Of a DNA stretch of 53,224 bases, positions 50,328 through 53,224 are shown in pieces. The DNA comes from Candidatus Eiseniibacteriota bacterium (GTDB lineage Bacteria > Eisenbacteria > RBG-16-71-46), in NCBI GenBank assembly GCA_038231135.1, contig JBBRLX010000031.1, positions 1 to 53,224 of the forward strand, in the 5' to 3' direction. A program made the translations under genes and the position numbers. Numbering within the stretch: position 1 is the first letter of the stretch; each line of letters opens with the position of its first letter. A model generated the notes under the pieces. That model saw nothing but the letters and a program-made list of their open reading frames with translations. It was not told the DNA's origin and ran no database searches.

Positions 50328-50729
50328 TCAGCGGCCCGCGCCGGCCGTGACGAGCGGCGCGAGCCGCGCGTAGAGCGCGGGGCCGATGCCGGGCACGGCG
50401 AGCAGGTCCTGCGTGCGCTCGAACGGCCCGTTCGCGGCGCGATGGTCCACGATCCGGTGAGCCAGCACCGGACCGATGCCGGGCAGCGCGTCGAGCGCGG
50501 CCGCGTCGGCGCGGTTGAGATCGAGCCGCGCCGAAACCGGCCCTGGCGCGGGAGCGGCGCTCGGTGCCTCGCTCTGGGTATCGGCCGGCGCCGGAACCAG
50601 CTTCACGTCCGCGGACGGGAGCGGCGCGGGCGGCGCATGCGCCCGGACCAGGTCCCAGCCGGCCCCGATCACCAGCAGCAATGCCACGGTGAGGGCGCCC
50701 CGCCGTTCGGCGGGCGTGAGCGCGAGCAA
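50328..50729 (-). CDS. comEA: ComEA-family helix-hairpin-helix DNA-binding protein
   Basis: TM helix, then LDLNRADAAALDALPGIGPVLAHRIVDHR..GPF..VPGIG. Confidence 0.9.
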   Translation of the reverse strand: MLALTPAERRGALTVALLLVIGAGWDLVRAHAPPAPLPSADVKLVPAPADTQSEAPSAAPAPGPVSARLDLNRADAAALDALPGIGPVLAHRIVDHRAANGPFERTQDLLAVPGIGPALYARLAPLVTAGAGR

Positions 50730-50767
50730 TGTCTGGAGTCCCGCGGGGGCGGGTGCGCTGCCGTGGG

Positions 50768-52549
50768 TCAGTTCGAGAGGTGGACCGTGAGGTAGAACCT
50801 CAGCTCGCGGCCGGTGCCCAGCGCCTCGACCAGGGTGGAAGAGTCGAGCCAGGCCTCGGGCTGCACGCGATTCTCGAGATTGCGGCCCTGAATCGTCAGC
50901 TCGGCGCCCGCGATCGTCGCCGTCACGTGCACGATGGACGTGGCGTAGGCGGGCAGCGTCTGCGGATCAAACGAGTCGCTGACCCGCGCCCCCACCACTT
51001 CCACGCCGCCACCGAAGCCCACGGCCAGATCGCCGCCGAAGAACGTCGCGCCGTACTCGGCCTCGGCGCGTCCGCCCCAGCCCGGATCCACGTTCGGCTG
51101 GGCCAGGGATACAGGCCGCACCAGCGCGAAGCCTTCCGCGCTCCAGCGCCACCGGCGGCCACGCCACCCCAGGTCGAACGTGCCGAGCGTGAAGTCATAG
51201 ACGTCGGGATCGACGCGGAACCCCTGCAGCAGCCACACGCCTTCGAGCGGATGGCGGGTGAGCAGTGCCCGGTCGCGGGTACGGCCCTCGAGCACGGTGC
51301 CGCGCATCCGCCACGCGCCGGCAGTCACCCGCGCGTCCAGCACCCCCACCCACGTGGACTGTAGGAACGGTTCCTCGCCGGCGCCGAGGTCCGACCACAC
51401 CGCCCACAACGAGCGCTCGACGCCGGCGCGCAGCTGCCAGTCGCGGCCGTGCAGCCGATAGTCGAGCGATGGCGCCAGCGCGGTCTGCTGCAACGCGCCA
51501 TGCCGCCCGCCGCCGAGCGCCGCTTCGATCCGTCCCGGCCCCGCCGTGAAACCCGCCTCGGCCGTGCCCCAGGCCCAGCGCGTGCTGGAATCGAACGCCT
51601 GATCGCCCTCGCGACGGATCTTGGACGTGCCGCCGGAACCGGTCAGGGCCAGCGCGACGCGACGCCCCGCCCAGGACACATCGAATGTGCCGCGATCCTC
51701 CTGCGCGTCGCGCCGCGACTCCGCGAGGAATCCGCCGAACGTGTCGTGGCGGTCGTAGGCGCGATCGGCGGCCGCTCCGAACTCGACCGGTCCGCCGGTG
51801 TGGCGGTAACGCAGGTAGCCGCCGAGGCCGCCCACCGATTGCTCCTCGCCCGCCGCCACCGACGCCGCGCTCCCCCGCTGGCCGAAGCCGCCTTCGAGCC
51901 GGTGCGGGCCGTGCGACCACGCGCTCGCGACCTGCCACAGGTGCCAGCCGGAGAGCAGGATCGGCCCCGCGGCGTCGTGCTGGCCGGTCGAGACCTCGGC
52001 GCGCAGCCAGCGCGACGAATCCCCGCGCTCGATCGCGAGGCCGTTCTCGTCATAAGTGAAATCACCCCCGCCCAGCCGCACGACCGCGCGGGTGCGCCGG
52101 GGGCCGATCCGTGGCACCTCGCGCGCGGTCGCCAGCGTGCCCTCGAATCCCATGGCTGCGGCGCCGCCGCCGGACTCGAACTCGAGCGAGTCGAACGCGG
52201 CGAGCATCGGCGACGCGCCCGGCACGCCCGGGAACGGGCCCGACGGCTCCACATGCCCCGGCAACACCATGCCCCACGATCCGGCGACGAGGCCCGCCAG
52301 CGTGCGCGGAAACGTGGTGCCCAGCCAGGCCAGGTCCGTGAATCCCGCGCGACCCGGCTCGGACCACCACGCCGGAGCGTCGAACAGCCCCGTGGTCCCG
52401 AGATCGACGGCGCCCGCGTCCGGCGCCTGGGCGCCGGCCGGCAGGCACCACAGCGCGATCAGGACAACCGCGACCGATAGGTTTCGAGCACACCGACGAG
52501 CGGCGTGCCGATGGCTCCGAACAATCCTGCGTTCGTGCCCATGTGCCAA
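50768..52549 (-). CDS. Outer-membrane beta-barrel protein, TonB-dependent-receptor-like
   Basis: Signal-like VAVVLIALWCLPAGAQ, alternating aromatic beta strands, C-terminal GRNLEN...GRELRFYLTVHL. Start uncertain because it overlaps the upstream gene. Confidence 0.6.
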   Translation of the reverse strand: MAHGHERRIVRSHRHAARRCARNLSVAVVLIALWCLPAGAQAPDAGAVDLGTTGLFDAPAWWSEPGRAGFTDLAWLGTTFPRTLAGLVAGSWGMVLPGHVEPSGPFPGVPGASPMLAAFDSLEFESGGGAAAMGFEGTLATAREVPRIGPRRTRAVVRLGGGDFTYDENGLAIERGDSSRWLRAEVSTGQHDAAGPILLSGWHLWQVASAWSHGPHRLEGGFGQRGSAASVAAGEEQSVGGLGGYLRYRHTGGPVEFGAAADRAYDRHDTFGGFLAESRRDAQEDRGTFDVSWAGRRVALALTGSGGTSKIRREGDQAFDSSTRWAWGTAEAGFTAGPGRIEAALGGGRHGALQQTALAPSLDYRLHGRDWQLRAGVERSLWAVWSDLGAGEEPFLQSTWVGVLDARVTAGAWRMRGTVLEGRTRDRALLTRHPLEGVWLLQGFRVDPDVYDFTLGTFDLGWRGRRWRWSAEGFALVRPVSLAQPNVDPGWGGRAEAEYGATFFGGDLAVGFGGGVEVVGARVSDSFDPQTLPAYATSIVHVTATIAGAELTIQGRNLENRVQPEAWLDSSTLVEALGTGRELRFYLTVHLSN

Positions 52550-52974
52550 AGGGCGAATGGAATCCCCCCGATGAGCGTGGCGCGCATCTGACCGAACAGC
52601 ACGCCGGTGGCGATGTTGGTGAGGAGGTCGAATACTGCCGTGAGCCCGATGCCGAGCGCGACGAGCACGGCCGCCCGCGGGCGAAGCTTCGCCCGGCCGA
52701 GGCCGAGCCGCGCCGCGATGCCGCCGGCCGCGCCGGCGAGACCCTCGCCCGAGATCTGCGCCAGCATCACGAGCGGATGCGCGGCGCCGTACGGGTTGAG
52801 CAGCGAATAGATCGCCATCGTCACCGCGCCGACCATGATGCCGTCCCGTGCGCCGAGCAGCACGCCCGAAGCGAACACCACGAGCGTGAGCACCTCGAAA
52901 TTGGGAATCGTCTCCGCGTACACCCCGGTGAGTCCGAGCGCGACCATCAGGGCGGCATAAGAGAGGCGACGCAT
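52459..52974 (-). CDS. ECF transporter S-component
   Basis: 171 aa, about six TM helices, AALMVAL (AxxxA) and IPNFEVLTLVVFASGVLLG motifs. Confidence 0.8.
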   Translation of the reverse strand: MRRLSYAALMVALGLTGVYAETIPNFEVLTLVVFASGVLLGARDGIMVGAVTMAIYSLLNPYGAAHPLVMLAQISGEGLAGAAGGIAARLGLGRAKLRPRAAVLVALGIGLTAVFDLLTNIATGVLFGQMRATLIGGIPFALWHMGTNAGLFGAIGTPLVGVLETYRSRLS

Positions 52975-53091
52975 GTGTTGTCTTGGTTTCTCCGAGTTGG
53001 GTTGTAGTTTTCGGGGAGGGCTTGGAGGTTAGTTTGTGAATTGGGTCTTGGTCAAAGAAGCGGGTTCTCTAACTATGGGGGCGCCGCGCGC

Positions 53092-53224
53092 GGTGAGGGG
53101 CTGTCCTCCGGCGGGGACGCTTCGGCCCCGCCCTCCTGGCGGGTCCTCGCTACTCGGGCAGCGCTCCGTGCATCCCTGCACTCCCGCGCTGCCCTCGGTC
53201 CCCGCCTCCGGACAGCCCCTCACC
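53092..53224. repeat. Nested palindromic element (MITE-like or structured RNA)
   Basis: Perfect 15-bp inverted repeat (53092-53106/53210-53224) enclosing 9-bp (53110-53118/53198-53206), 9-bp (53156-53164/53186-53194) and shorter stems. Confidence 0.8.

Noticed and set aside
52975..53224. Cobalamin riboswitch upstream of the ECF S-component, and the 64-aa ORF 53029-53223
   Set aside because: No B12-box or GCCACTG core is visible. The ORF is just a translation of the palindrome.

Overview
Very GC-rich (about 70% or more by eye) chromosomal segment of a diderm bacterium: it carries a secretin, LolA and a lipid A acyltransferase. Lineage cannot be fixed from the sequence alone. Almost all genes lie on the minus strand. 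Left to right: (1) the right end of an IS1202/IS481-like insertion sequence cut by the window edge; (2) an rsmE-dnaJ-grpE-hrcA-hemW-lepB-lepA block with no dnaK; (3) tRNA-Sec, selD, ridA, glmS, glmM; (4) a decayed integrative element below tRNA-Thr(CGT) and tRNA-Phe(GAA), made of a broken tyrosine integrase, a glycosidase-like lipoprotein and a TPR protein; (5) a GAF/histidine-kinase-like protein that has lost its phospho-acceptor His, divergent from a GH57 branching enzyme; (6) the run rsmD-coaD-pta-FmdB-like-aconitase homolog-obgE-HEAT-dprA-lpxL-thioesterase (transcription order); (7) a type IVa pilus region in Myxococcus/Geobacter order (pilB-T-C-S-R-A, ABC exporter, TPR protein, an inverted GT-C glycosyltransferase, pilM-N-O-P-Q, aroK, then LolB-like and LolA genes) with three sigma-54 promoter motifs; (8) comEA, an outer-membrane barrel, an ECF S-component and a nested palindrome at the right edge. 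The strongest candidates for novelty are: an intact full-length aconitase homolog lacking all Fe-S ligands and catalytic residues; a pseudo-histidine kinase; a tRNA-Sec with non-canonical stems; a possible pilus glycosylation module with a Thr-rich, non-lipidated PilP; and a GGA-loop palindromic element. All family assignments come from motif recognition by eye, and no database search was run.
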